This document shows positions 1 to 9,777 of a stretch of DNA of 64,000 bases, in pieces. Origin of the DNA: Propionibacterium sp. GTDB lineage: Bacteria; Actinomycetota; Actinomycetes; Propionibacteriales; Propionibacteriaceae. The notes under the pieces were generated by a model. It was not told the DNA's origin. It did not search any database and saw nothing but the letters and a program-made list of their open reading frames with translations. The stretch covers positions 1,993 through 65,992 of the forward strand of contig JALHFX010000012.1 of the NCBI GenBank assembly GCA_022837595.1, read 5' to 3'. A program made the position numbers and the translations under genes. Position 1 is the stretch's first letter, and every line of letters begins with the position of its first letter.

Positions 1-373
1 TGATGGCGCCGAAGAGATAGAGTCCGCCCATGCCATGAACGGTTGACAGGCCGGCCAGCCCCAGCGAGCTGATCGTTCCACCGATGAACAGCAGCTTGCG
101 ACCGCCGAGTCGTCCGATCAGACGTCCGGCGATGGGCATCACGACGATAGCGACCAGGAGCAGCACGGTGAAGAAGGTCTGCACGCGGGCACGGCTCAAC
201 TCACCGTTCGGCCATAGATCGGCGCGGATCTTGTCGGTGAACATCGACAGACCACTGAGAATGATGCCGGCCGATATCTGGCAACAGACCGCGCCCAGAG
301 TGACCAAGACATACCGGGTCGAACGCACCGGGGATTCTTCGTGTTCGGAGGTAGTTGTTTCGATGCTGGGCAC
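1..373 (-). CDS. MFS transporter, N-terminal part (runs off the window edge)
   Basis: Hand-translated, not in the ORF track: GTG at 373 gives MPSIETTTSEHEESPVRSTRYVLVTLGAVCCQISAGIILSGLSMF...LLLVAIVVMPIAGRLIGRLGGRKLLFIGG. This includes the MFS loop motif GRLIGRLGGRK and several hydrophobic helices. There is an alternative in-frame GTG at 397. Confidence 0.8.
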   Translation of the reverse strand, partial: MPSIETTTSEHEESPVRSTRYVLVTLGAVCCQISAGIILSGLSMFTDKIRADLWPNGELSRARVQTFFTVLLLVAIVVMPIAGRLIGRLGGRKLLFIGGTISSLGLAGLSTVHGMGGLYLFGAI

Positions 374-464
374 TAGCCGATCAGCATTAACGACCACAGA
401 AATCTCGTCCGATGGGCCGGACGCCTCCGCCGTTAATGCGGCCTCCTTACGGCCGCAAGCTTAG

Positions 465-1776
465 CTATTTGCTGTATCCCGTCACAATCCAGCTGTCCTT
501 GCGGACACGTCGTACGAGTACCAGCAGCCGGATGCTCATGAATGCACCGAAGTAAGAAATCCATAGCCAGACCATGCCCGCGATGCCGCTGGGACGGGTC
601 TGGAGCATCGCTGCGATCACCACCGCGAAACTGGCAAGCGGCCACAACCCGGCCAGCGCAAGGTAGCGAATATCGCCGGCTCCGATAAGAACACCGTCAA
701 GGACGAACAGCACACCACACAGCGGTAAAAATGCGGCGGTCATCCAGAAACCAACCGGAAGTAGTGCACGCACCGATGCGTCAGGTGTGAACAACGGCCC
801 TATCAACGGCGCCAAGATCGCGATCAGCAGACCGAGGACGACCCCGATAACGATGCCCCAGCCGACGGTCCGGTTGAGCTGGCGGCGGACTCCAACACTG
901 TCGCCAGCACCCAGATCGTGGCCGATCATCGCCTGCGCCGCGATCGCGAGAGCGTCCATCGTATTGACGAGCAGCATGAAGACCGACATGGTGATTTGCA
1001 GCGCAGCGAGCTCGGCGGTGCCCAACCGGGCAGCAGCCCAGACCAGCACAATCAAGACGGTGCGCAATGTGATCGTGCGCAGCAGCATCAGCGATGAGGC
1101 GAAGAACGCCTGCCGGGTACTCTCGGGCTGCTTGCATGGCCACCACCACATAGACGGCTGCCATCAGGGTCTGGCTGATTGCTGTGCCGAGGGCAGAGCC
1201 TGCGATCCCCATCCCTAGCGGATAGATGAAAACCCAGTTCGCCAAGACGTTGACGAGCGCGCCGCCACCCGCGACAGCCAGCGGCGTGCGGGTGTCCTGG
1301 AGTCCGCGGAGCAGGCCTGCGGCGGCGAGCACGGTGAGCATGCCTGGCAGCCCCCAAATGCTGATCGCGGTATAGCGATAGGCCTGTTGGGCAACGTTCG
1401 GGTCGGGGGTGAACGCCGTCGTGAGCGCCCGGACGAACGGCAGCCCGATCAGCACGAGAAGAACACCCAGACCCAGCCCCAACCAGATGCCGTCGATACC
1501 GGCGCGAATGGCTCCGGGCTTGTCGCCGGCGCCGAGCCTGCGGGCGACAAGGGGTGTCGTGGTATAGCTGAGGAAGATGCACAGCCCGACGATCGTCTGC
1601 ATGATCGTCGAGCCGATGGACATGCCCGCGAGCACGGTCTGCCCCAGGTGACCGACCATCGCGGTGTCGGTGAGGACGAAGAGCGGCTCGGCGATCAGCG
1701 CTCCCAGGGCTGGGATGGCCAACGCGCCGAGCCGACGGTCCATGGCGTTGATCCGCCATGGTCTGGCCTTATGCAC
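465..1776 (-). pseudogene. MATE (DinF-like) efflux transporter, split by a frameshift near 1116
   Basis: ORF 781..1776 has the MATE N-half (LAIPALGALIAEPLFVLTDTAMVGHLG; GLLRGLQDTRTPL). The C-half (LLRTITLR, AAQAMIGHDLGAGD, LDGVLIGAGD) is in another frame (465..1151). The frames switch at 1116/1117. Confidence 0.75.
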
Positions 1777-1790
1777 CTAGTTCGCTCAGA

Positions 1791-3233
1791 TCAGTAGTGA
1801 CTCAGGACGACTGACCCCATCGGAGCCCAGCCGTGAATCCATTGCGCATCCGCAACGGGCATGTTGAGACAGCCATGCGAGCCGCCCGGCCCACTCCAAC
1901 CGAAGGAGTCACGCCACGGAGCTCCGTGGAAGGCGATCGAGCCGGTGAAGTAGGTCACCCATGGAACGTTGGGAGACTCATAAGTGGAACCATCGAGGTT
2001 GGTACCGCGCATCGTTTGGGATTGGTATTTCAAGTAGACGTTGAATTTTCCGGTGGGAGTCGGCATCTCGGGCATGCCCGGCACGAAATACATCGGTCCA
2101 CGCACCGGCGTCGCGCCCTCGTAAGCCGTCGCGGAGTTCGTGCTCAAGTTCACATCGATCCACTTTTCGCCGGGAGCAGCCGGATAAGCCAGGTTCTGAG
2201 CTCCGTCGGCGATGACCCGATCGTTATAGGTCGGCTCGATCTCGTCATAGGCGAAAGTGCCAGAGAACGGCTCACCGGAGGTCAGCGTCGCGACCAGCGC
2301 GTCAGTGGTCTCGGCAACATTGTTCACTCGCCAACCAGCCCTGGCTTCTGTCATGGTCGACAAGACGGCGCCTGCCTGGTTGACGTTCCGGACGCCATTG
2401 ATCACATTGACTCCGGTGTTCGCCGCGGTCTGCTCAACCCAAGCGGCAGCCTTTTCGTGGTCGATGGTCGGCTTACCGAGCGAGCCATCGGCTTCAGTGG
2501 GAATAACGATCCACTGTGCCTTCTGGGCTGCGCTGGCTGGGTAGCTATCGGATAACCGTCCGATCAAACGCACATCCAACTCAACCAGACCGTTGGCTTC
2601 ATCGGCGATGGCTTGAGCTTGTTCGGTCGATGTCTTCGGATCTACCTGGCTGGTTTGCATCTCGACCGTTTGGGACGTCAGGGTCTCGGCCGCGCGGAAT
2701 GCTGCGGTCGACAGTTCTGAAGCATCGACGCCCAGGCCGGCCTTCGCTGGCTCGATACCGAACGAAAGACCGTCTTCGCCGAGTGTGACCGTGGCGTCGG
2801 TGGCAGGTTCACCGAACTCAGATATGAGGTCGCTGACGACCGAATCCAAGGCGTGCTGATCGATCGTTACGGAGACTGGAGTCGCTTGCTTGGTGAACAG
2901 TGCGCTGAATCGCTCACCGACATTGTCATTCGCGGCGAAAGCCTTGGTCGCAGTCGCCGGAGCATCCACCGAGATCCCGAGATCTGCGAGGCTGAGCTCC
3001 CGCGTGTGCTCGTCGATCCGCAGAGTTAGGGTCACTTGTTGAGCACGCTCAGCAAGGTGCTCGGCCACTTCTTCTTCAGTCTGTCCGGTAACCGGTGTTC
3101 CGGCCACCGAGGAGCCTGGCAATCCATGGGTTGAAAAATAAGCACCGTAAGCAACGGCGCCGATACCGAAGACTACTAAGAGCCCTGATATCACCCAGAA
3201 GATAAGCCGACGATTCACCTTCTTCTGATTCAC
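1791..3233 (-). CDS. L,D-transpeptidase (YkuD domain) with N-terminal TM anchor and peptidoglycan-binding-like middle region
   Basis: C-terminal IAFHGAPW...GSHGCLNM fits the YkuD H-x-SHGC-x-N motif. TM helix LIFWVISGLLVVFGIGAVAY. Start trimmed to the in-frame GTG at 3233 (ORF track starts at 3422). Confidence 0.88.
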   Translation of the reverse strand: MNQKKVNRRLIFWVISGLLVVFGIGAVAYGAYFSTHGLPGSSVAGTPVTGQTEEEVAEHLAERAQQVTLTLRIDEHTRELSLADLGISVDAPATATKAFAANDNVGERFSALFTKQATPVSVTIDQHALDSVVSDLISEFGEPATDATVTLGEDGLSFGIEPAKAGLGVDASELSTAAFRAAETLTSQTVEMQTSQVDPKTSTEQAQAIADEANGLVELDVRLIGRLSDSYPASAAQKAQWIVIPTEADGSLGKPTIDHEKAAAWVEQTAANTGVNVINGVRNVNQAGAVLSTMTEARAGWRVNNVAETTDALVATLTSGEPFSGTFAYDEIEPTYNDRVIADGAQNLAYPAAPGEKWIDVNLSTNSATAYEGATPVRGPMYFVPGMPEMPTPTGKFNVYLKYQSQTMRGTNLDGSTYESPNVPWVTYFTGSIAFHGAPWRDSFGWSGPGGSHGCLNMPVADAQWIHGWAPMGSVVLSHY

Positions 3234-3420
3234 GTGCCTTAGTTTAGAGGATGAGGGCTCAATTGCGAATTCTACGCCCACCCTGTGGCCTTGCCGTGGT
3301 ATAGAGCTTCGCGTTCGTTGGAGACCTGGAAGCGAGCCAATCCGCCGTGCTGCAACGGTCTCCTCGTTAAGATTGATGGAAAGCGTCGCGACGGCGAAGT
3401 CGGCAACAGCGGAGGTCATC

Positions 3421-4383
3421 ATGAGTGAACAAACCCACGGTGCAGGGCGGATCCGATTAGATACCGCGGGCCGGATCGTGGTGGGAACCGATGGATCGGA
3501 ACGCGCTCAGAAGGCAGTCAGTTGGGCCGCGGAGCGGGCGCTGGCGCGGAAACTGCCGCTCTTGGTCGTGATGATCATCCCCGGCCCACAGGTCGGCCGC
3601 AGTTTCACCGCGGTGAACGATGCCTACGAGCACCAGTTCAAGGATCGTTGTATCGAGAAACTCGACGCCGAAGTTGAGCGCCTGCGCACGGAGTATCCGG
3701 GACTGGATGTCAGCTCGGAACTGGTCGAAGGCTATGCGTCCTATGTCTTGGCGCAGGCCTCGAAGAATGCCGCTGAAGTCGTTGTGGGCGCCCGTGGGCA
3801 GCACGCACCGCTCAAGGTGAAACTGCTGGGTGGTGTCTCGGACGCGGTGGTTGCGCATGCCCATGGACCGGTGGCGGTGATCACCGATGAGGCGCACGAG
3901 AATCCCGATGGCCCGGTGGTCGTGGGTATCGACGAGTCGGATGAGGCCCGGGCTGCGGCCGAGCTGGCCTTCGAGGCGGCCGATGTGCGGGGGGTTCCGC
4001 TGATTGTCATCCATGCCTGGGACTACGCGATGCTGGGCACCCCCTGGGAATACGACATCTGGGATGAATCGATGACCGAGATCATGAGTTCTCTCACCGA
4101 GCAGATCGAAGGTGTCTTCGCGGATATCAAGCAGCGATACCCGAATACTCAGGTGGAATTGCGAGTGGTGGATTCGAGCCCGGCCCAGGCGCTGATCGAT
4201 GCTTCACTTGACGCCGGTCTGGTGGTCGTGGGGTCACGTGGGCGTGGCGGTTTCACCGGACTGCTGCTGGGGTCTACCAGCAAGCGGGTATTGCGCGATG
4301 CGCACTGTCCGGTGATCGTGACGCGTGCGGAACGAACCAAGGTCAACAAGCGGTCCGGCGACCAGCAGAACGCGGCCGGTTGA
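3421..4383 (+). CDS. Universal stress protein (two tandem USP domains)
   Basis: RIVVGTDGSERA and PVVVGIDES repeats, plus VVGSRGRGGFTGLLLGST. A GGAGG SD precedes ATG 3421. Confidence 0.92.
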   Translation: MSEQTHGAGRIRLDTAGRIVVGTDGSERAQKAVSWAAERALARKLPLLVVMIIPGPQVGRSFTAVNDAYEHQFKDRCIEKLDAEVERLRTEYPGLDVSSELVEGYASYVLAQASKNAAEVVVGARGQHAPLKVKLLGGVSDAVVAHAHGPVAVITDEAHENPDGPVVVGIDESDEARAAAELAFEAADVRGVPLIVIHAWDYAMLGTPWEYDIWDESMTEIMSSLTEQIEGVFADIKQRYPNTQVELRVVDSSPAQALIDASLDAGLVVVGSRGRGGFTGLLLGSTSKRVLRDAHCPVIVTRAERTKVNKRSGDQQNAAG

Positions 4384-4418
4384 GTATCACCGCACCGACG
4401 TTGTGATCTGCGGTCACG

Positions 4419-5288
4419 TCATCTGGACCGTAGAGCTTCAACACGAGACCGTTCGAAGTCCACATCGAAGTCGGCGGCTGGCCAGCCAAGCTTGAGACTG
4501 GCCAGAGCTTCGATGAGCAGGTGCGTGATCGCCCAATTGCGGTAACGCTTGTGGTTGGCCGGGATCACATACCACGGCGCGGCTTCGATGTTGCAGCGGC
4601 TGAGCGCAATGGAGTATGCGTCCATGTAGGCGTCCCATTTGTTTGCAACGTCCACATCGCTCGGGTCGTACTTGAAGAATTTCTTGGGATTCGAGAGCCG
4701 CTCGGTCAGCCGCTTCTTCTGCTCGCCACGGGAGATATTGAGGAAGCATTTGACGACCACCGTTCCTGAGCCCACCAGCTCGGCTTCGAAATCGTTGATC
4801 GCGCCGTAACGGCGTTCGATCTCGTCAGCCCTGGCGAGGTGATCCACGCGCTGGATGAGCACATCTTCGTAGTGCGAACGATCGAAGATGCCCACTTGCC
4901 CGCCGCGCGGCAACTCGCGTTCGACACGCCAGAGGAAGTCGTGGGCCAACTCCTGGGATGTGGGTCGTTTGAACGAGTGAATGCGGACTCCCTGCGGATC
5001 CATCATGCCGATCACATGCCGGATCGTGCCGCCCTTGCCGGCGGTATCGAGACCTTGGAGAATCAGCAATACTTTCGGCGCGTTCACATCACGAGTGCCG
5101 GCCGCGAAAAGTCGTTCCTGTAGATCGTCCAGTAGCGGCTCGAGCTCCGACGTCATGTCGTTTTCCTCGTCCTTGCCGTTGCTATTGGGGCGTCCGGGAG
5201 TCGCGTGGGGGTCAAAATCGCGAACGTCGATTTGACCGATCGGGCAGCGCAACAAATCAGACAACTGCTCGGGGCTTTTTGTACTCAT
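4419..5288 (-). CDS. ppk2: Polyphosphate kinase 2 family polyphosphate:nucleotide phosphotransferase
   Basis: LQGLDTAGKGG Walker A, FDRSHYEDVL, and WYVIPANHKRYRN lid motifs. CATACT-N6-ATG 5288 suggests a leaderless start. Confidence 0.92.
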   Translation of the reverse strand: MSTKSPEQLSDLLRCPIGQIDVRDFDPHATPGRPNSNGKDEENDMTSELEPLLDDLQERLFAAGTRDVNAPKVLLILQGLDTAGKGGTIRHVIGMMDPQGVRIHSFKRPTSQELAHDFLWRVERELPRGGQVGIFDRSHYEDVLIQRVDHLARADEIERRYGAINDFEAELVGSGTVVVKCFLNISRGEQKKRLTERLSNPKKFFKYDPSDVDVANKWDAYMDAYSIALSRCNIEAAPWYVIPANHKRYRNWAITHLLIEALASLKLGWPAADFDVDFERSRVEALRSR

Positions 5289-5375
5289 CACATCAGTATG
5301 GGCGACTCATCGTCCTGGCGGCCAGTGCTCGCCGGAGCGAGGTTTGGGCCTCGGACGCTCACGTAAGCTGAGCCC

Positions 5376-5414
5376 ATGACACTGTCTCCCTCCGGCCTGG
5401 GTGGTCGCCGATGA
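5376..5414 (+). CDS. Candidate leaderless upstream ORF, MTLSPSGLGGRR (12 aa)
   Basis: TAAGCT -10 at 5364-5369, a 6-nt spacer, then ATG 5376. The stop TGA at 5412-5414 overlaps ATG 5411 of the hydrolase (ATGA). Confidence 0.4.
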   Translation: MTLSPSGLGGRR

Positions 5415-6379
5415 ATCGCCTCTTCCAGAAGGTCCTGCGTCTTTTCGCCGCGCCTCGGATCGACGTGCGCGAGGATTACGAAAAGATGCGTCAGCTGCAG
5501 CGCCAGATGGCCGCGCTACCGCCACAGCTGTATAAGACCCTCGATCGTGAGATCGTTTCGACAGACGGCAGCCATATCATTCCCGGACGGGTCTTCCTAC
5601 CCAAAGAGCAGACTCGTGACGATCTTCTGCTGTTCTTTCACGGAGGTGGCTGGGTCACCGGTGATATCGACAGTTACACACCGGCGTGTGCGGCGATGGC
5701 CGATCTGACCGGCTGCATTGTGGTGTCCGTCGACTATCGGCTCGCTCCGGAGCATCCTTTCCCCGCTGGTCTGGACGACTGCTATCAGGTCACCAAGCTG
5801 CTCCTGGACGATCCGCAGCTCGCAAATATCGACGATCCGGAGAAGATCGTTCTCATCGGGGATTCGGCGGGCGGTAATCTCGCTGCTGCGGTCTCACTAC
5901 GACTGCGAGACGAACATCATCGTGGGGCCAGCCGTCAGATCCTGCTTTATCCGGTCACTTACTGGGATCACAAACCGGAGACCTCGCCGTACGCCTCGGT
6001 GCGCGATCACGGCGATGACTATCGACTCACCGATACCGAAGTTCAGGAGTACATGGAACTTTACGTTCCGGACCCAGAAAAGCGTCAAGACAAGTACGTC
6101 GCACCTCTGATGGCGACCGATCTTTCCGATCAGCCTCAGACGCTGATGATCACCGCGGAGCTCGATCTGCTGAGAGACGAAGGTGAAGCATATGCGGTCG
6201 CGTTGGCCGAGGCTGGAAACGAGGTGCGAACTCATCGGGTGAATGGGGCGTTACATGGTTTCATCAGTCTCCCCCGGTTCGCTCGTACGCTGCGTGAAGG
6301 CTATGAGGTGATTAACGAGTTTCTCGATGGCGTTCGCGAAAGTGCAGAGTCGGCCGCCGGCGCTGAAGACTCGCAATGA
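5411..6379 (+). CDS. Alpha/beta hydrolase, HSL-like (family IV) esterase
   Basis: FHGGGWV oxyanion motif, GDSAGG nucleophile elbow, DLLRDE Asp region, HGF His. Confidence 0.93.
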   Translation: MNRLFQKVLRLFAAPRIDVREDYEKMRQLQRQMAALPPQLYKTLDREIVSTDGSHIIPGRVFLPKEQTRDDLLLFFHGGGWVTGDIDSYTPACAAMADLTGCIVVSVDYRLAPEHPFPAGLDDCYQVTKLLLDDPQLANIDDPEKIVLIGDSAGGNLAAAVSLRLRDEHHRGASRQILLYPVTYWDHKPETSPYASVRDHGDDYRLTDTEVQEYMELYVPDPEKRQDKYVAPLMATDLSDQPQTLMITAELDLLRDEGEAYAVALAEAGNEVRTHRVNGALHGFISLPRFARTLREGYEVINEFLDGVRESAESAAGAEDSQ

Positions 6380-7791
6380 CGCGCCATACCTGGGTGCGGC
6401 TCGACAACGCGTCCAATATCTTCCTTGCAGCACGCAGCGAGGCTGATCCCAAAGTGTTTCGGCTGAGCGCTGAGATGGATCATCTGATCGATCCGAGCCT
6501 TCTACAGGAAGCGCTGGACATAACCTACGAGCGCTATCCCCTTTACCATGCGGTGCTGAGAAGCGGTATCTTCTGGTACTACCTTCAAGACAGCGATCTG
6601 TCTCCGGTCGTCACCGTCGACTATGAGCACACCTGTGCGCCGATCTACCAGCCGGACCGGCGCACACTGCTCTTCCGCGTGGTCTACTTTCGTAAGAGGA
6701 TCATTCTCGAGATCTTCCACGCGCTCTCGGACGGTACCGGCGCCCTCTGGTTCTTGACCGATCTGGTCATTGAATACACCAGGCTGCGGTATCCCGACGA
6801 GTTCACCCAGCTGGACACGGAGAGCGACGTGTCCGGTAGATCGGTTTCCGAAACAGCGGAGCAGGAACACGGGTTGACGGTCGACAGCTTTGCCAAATAC
6901 TTCCGCAAGCCATCGCGCAAGGTAACTGATTCGGCGGCTCAGTTCGCCGGGCATGCTGCTCCTGTCATATCCGGTATCCTTGCCCGCGACCTTTCGTCTT
7001 CTGACAAGTTGAATGCGCCGATCAGATCACCGCATTCTTCGGGACGCAAGATCTACCGCGTCAAGGGAACCCGTACTCCGGACAATCGCACTCGAGCCGT
7101 CGAATTGACCATGCCTGTGAGTCAAGTGCTCGCGTTGGCCCGCGCCGAAGGTGTGTCGTTGACGATCTACCTGACCGCGTTGTTCTTCGAAGCGATTCGC
7201 CTGTCATCAGGTGGCTTGGGCGAAGCGAACACCTTGACAGCATCAGTACCGGTCAACCTGCGGCAGTTCTTTCCATCGACCTCCCCCCGCAACTTCTTCG
7301 CGACCACCCGCGTGGAGCACACCTACGGCGAAGGGAAAGACGACTTCACCACGATCTGCCAGGAGTTAGAGGCACAGTTCCGCGAGAAGGTCACCCCGCA
7401 GGCCCTGGAGGCCAAGCTGCGCAGGTTCATTCGGCTCGAACGGATGCCTGCATTGAGAATCGTGCCGCGGATTCTGAAGGACGTGGTACTTGGTCTGGGC
7501 AACCGAACCAACAACCGTGGCCTGACTGTCGCGATCTCGAATTTGGGTCTGGTACGGCTGCCGGAGCCCGCTGACTCGCATTTGGGACGCATGCTGCTGC
7601 AGGTCTCGGCGGCTCGTCCGCAATTCTGCTCGGTCTCGCATGCAGGCATGCTTGCGGTCTGTTTTACCTCTCCGTTCACCGAACTCGGTCATGTCAAAGA
7701 ATTCGTTCGCATGCTCACTTCACAGCAGGTGGAGGTCACCATGGCCGTGGCTCGGGTAACCGAGGAAGAACTCGTGGGAGCCGGACCATGA
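6376..7791 (+). CDS. CoA-dependent acyltransferase (alcohol acetyltransferase-like / condensation-domain superfamily)
   Basis: WVRLDNASNIF N-terminus, HxxxDG motif (FHALSDGTG), and PVNLRQFFPS...RNF. ATGA overlap with the upstream gene. Confidence 0.78.
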   Translation: MTRHTWVRLDNASNIFLAARSEADPKVFRLSAEMDHLIDPSLLQEALDITYERYPLYHAVLRSGIFWYYLQDSDLSPVVTVDYEHTCAPIYQPDRRTLLFRVVYFRKRIILEIFHALSDGTGALWFLTDLVIEYTRLRYPDEFTQLDTESDVSGRSVSETAEQEHGLTVDSFAKYFRKPSRKVTDSAAQFAGHAAPVISGILARDLSSSDKLNAPIRSPHSSGRKIYRVKGTRTPDNRTRAVELTMPVSQVLALARAEGVSLTIYLTALFFEAIRLSSGGLGEANTLTASVPVNLRQFFPSTSPRNFFATTRVEHTYGEGKDDFTTICQELEAQFREKVTPQALEAKLRRFIRLERMPALRIVPRILKDVVLGLGNRTNNRGLTVAISNLGLVRLPEPADSHLGRMLLQVSAARPQFCSVSHAGMLAVCFTSPFTELGHVKEFVRMLTSQQVEVTMAVARVTEEELVGAGP

Positions 7792-8453
7792 AACACTGCC
7801 CCGATTGCTCGGTCGACATCGAAGGCGAGTGGACGAGCTGTCCACTATGCGGTGCCCCGCTGAGCGGAACCTCGACCCCCAGCCCGCTACCAGCGATCCC
7901 CCTGAGTTTCTCGCGCCGGCGAGTCTTTCGTGTCCTCTTCTTCATTTCGCTCGCCGTAATCCTCGCATCGTTCCTTGCACAGTTGCTCTTGAGTCACGGA
8001 TCGCGAGGTATCGGCACGCTGCGGTCGGTATGGCTGGGTGTCAGCGCGATGTGGCTGGTGGTGATGATGGCGTTCCGGAAGCGGCGCAATATCGCTAAGG
8101 GAACGGTCTACCTCGTCGTGTTGATCAGCCTGGTCTGTGTCTACTGGGATTATCTGACCGGATGGCATCGATGGTCGGTGACCTACGCGGTGCCGGCGGT
8201 GTGCACATTCTCGATCATCGCCTTGATGATCGCGACGTGGGCAATGCATGTAGAAGTGGACGAGCATGTCGTCTACAGCGGGTTGACAGTGCTGTTCGGG
8301 CTGGTCCCCATCGTCTTTGTCATCTTCAAATGGGTGACAACGCCGTTGCCTTCGGCTGGTTGCGTCTTGCTCAGTGTTATCGCTCTGCTCTATCTACAAG
8401 CCACCAAGTGGCCAGATGTTCGTCACGAACTCGGCAAACGCCTGCATCTTTAG
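7788..8453 (+). CDS. Membrane protein with N-terminal zinc ribbon (DUF6320-like)
   Basis: MKHCPDC...CPLC followed by about 5-6 hydrophobic helices, with C-terminal ELGKRLHL. ATGA overlap with the upstream gene. Confidence 0.72.
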   Translation: MKHCPDCSVDIEGEWTSCPLCGAPLSGTSTPSPLPAIPLSFSRRRVFRVLFFISLAVILASFLAQLLLSHGSRGIGTLRSVWLGVSAMWLVVMMAFRKRRNIAKGTVYLVVLISLVCVYWDYLTGWHRWSVTYAVPAVCTFSIIALMIATWAMHVEVDEHVVYSGLTVLFGLVPIVFVIFKWVTTPLPSAGCVLLSVIALLYLQATKWPDVRHELGKRLHL

Positions 8454-8502
8454 CTTGTCCGATCGTCGCAATACACTGCCCCCAAGTCGATCCGGAGGAA
8501 TC

Positions 8503-9750
8503 ATGTCCAGCTCATCGTTGTTCAACGCCGCTACGCATCCGAGTCATGAGGGGCCCTGGCAGCGCGCTGCTGGTTTTGCGGGGCTTCTCGGACCGGATGG
8601 GCGTCCCTCCCCCACGATCTTCGCCGAGATGACTGCGATGGCAGTGCAGTTCGATGCGATCAACCTGGGTCAAGGATTCCCCGACCAGGACGGACCCCAA
8701 GAAGTTCTCGATGCCGCGAAAGCCGCCATTGACCGTGGTCTGAACCAGTATCCGCCGGGGCGCGGTGAGCCTGACCTGCTCGCCGCGATCAGCGAACATC
8801 AGCGGCGGTTCTACGGACTGGATGTCAATCCCGACACCGAGATCATCGTCACCGCAGGTGCGACCGAGGCGATCGCCGCTACCGTGCTCGCTCTGGTTCG
8901 TCCCGGTGACCAGGTGGTGACCTTCGAACCCTTCTATGATGCCTACGCTGCGATGATCGGCCTGGCCGGAGCAGAGCACGTCACTGTGAGTCTACGGGCA
9001 CCAGATTTCCAGCCAGATCTTGATGAACTCGCCGAGGCAGTCACTGATAAGACTCGACTCATTATCGTCAACGATCCCAATAACCCTACTGGCGCAGTAT
9101 TCGCCCCGGAGACTCTTCAGCGCATCGTGGACCTCGCAGTTCAGCACGACGCCTTTATTGCGACTGACGAGGTCTATGAGCACCTCATCTTCGATGATGC
9201 CAGGCATCTCCCGATCGCTACGCTGCCGGGTGCTTTCGAGCGCACGATCACGATCTCCTCGGCAGGCAAGACCTTCTCGACGACCGGCTGGAAGATCGGC
9301 TGGGCGATCGCCGTGCCCGAGATCATCACGGCGAACTTGACGGTCAAGCAGTATCTGACGTACGTGAACGGGGCACCCTTCCAGCCCGCGATCGCGACCG
9401 GATTACGACTACCGGACCGATTCTTCACCACCACCGCGTCGATCCTGCAGCGCAAACGAGATCTGCTCGTTGAGGCGCTCCAACGAGCCGGTTTCCGGGT
9501 CTTCTCCCCCAAAGGTACGTATTTCGTGCTCGCGGATACAGCACCGCTGGGTTACCCGGATGCTACTGAGCTCTCTCGCCAACTGCCCCGTGAAGTGGGT
9601 GTGGTGGGCGTGCCGGTGACCGCTTTCGTGCGCGCCGAGCGCGCGTCCGACTACCGTTCACTGCTGCGGTTCACCTTCTGCAAGCGCGAGGACGTGATTC
9701 GTGAAGGAGCAGCCCGACTGGAGAAGTTGCGCAGCACGGATCGGTCGTGA
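8503..9750 (+). CDS. PLP-dependent aminotransferase class I/II (DapC/YbdL-like)
   Basis: INLGQGFPD, NDPNNPTG, DEVYEH, and SAGKTFSTTGWKIGW (PLP lysine). GGAGG SD before ATG 8503. Confidence 0.9.
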   Translation: MSSSSLFNAATHPSHEGPWQRAAGFAGLLGPDGRPSPTIFAEMTAMAVQFDAINLGQGFPDQDGPQEVLDAAKAAIDRGLNQYPPGRGEPDLLAAISEHQRRFYGLDVNPDTEIIVTAGATEAIAATVLALVRPGDQVVTFEPFYDAYAAMIGLAGAEHVTVSLRAPDFQPDLDELAEAVTDKTRLIIVNDPNNPTGAVFAPETLQRIVDLAVQHDAFIATDEVYEHLIFDDARHLPIATLPGAFERTITISSAGKTFSTTGWKIGWAIAVPEIITANLTVKQYLTYVNGAPFQPAIATGLRLPDRFFTTTASILQRKRDLLVEALQRAGFRVFSPKGTYFVLADTAPLGYPDATELSRQLPREVGVVGVPVTAFVRAERASDYRSLLRFTFCKREDVIREGAARLEKLRSTDRS

Positions 9751-9777
9751 TCTGCGTGCGGCTCTGCCGAGCCTTGG

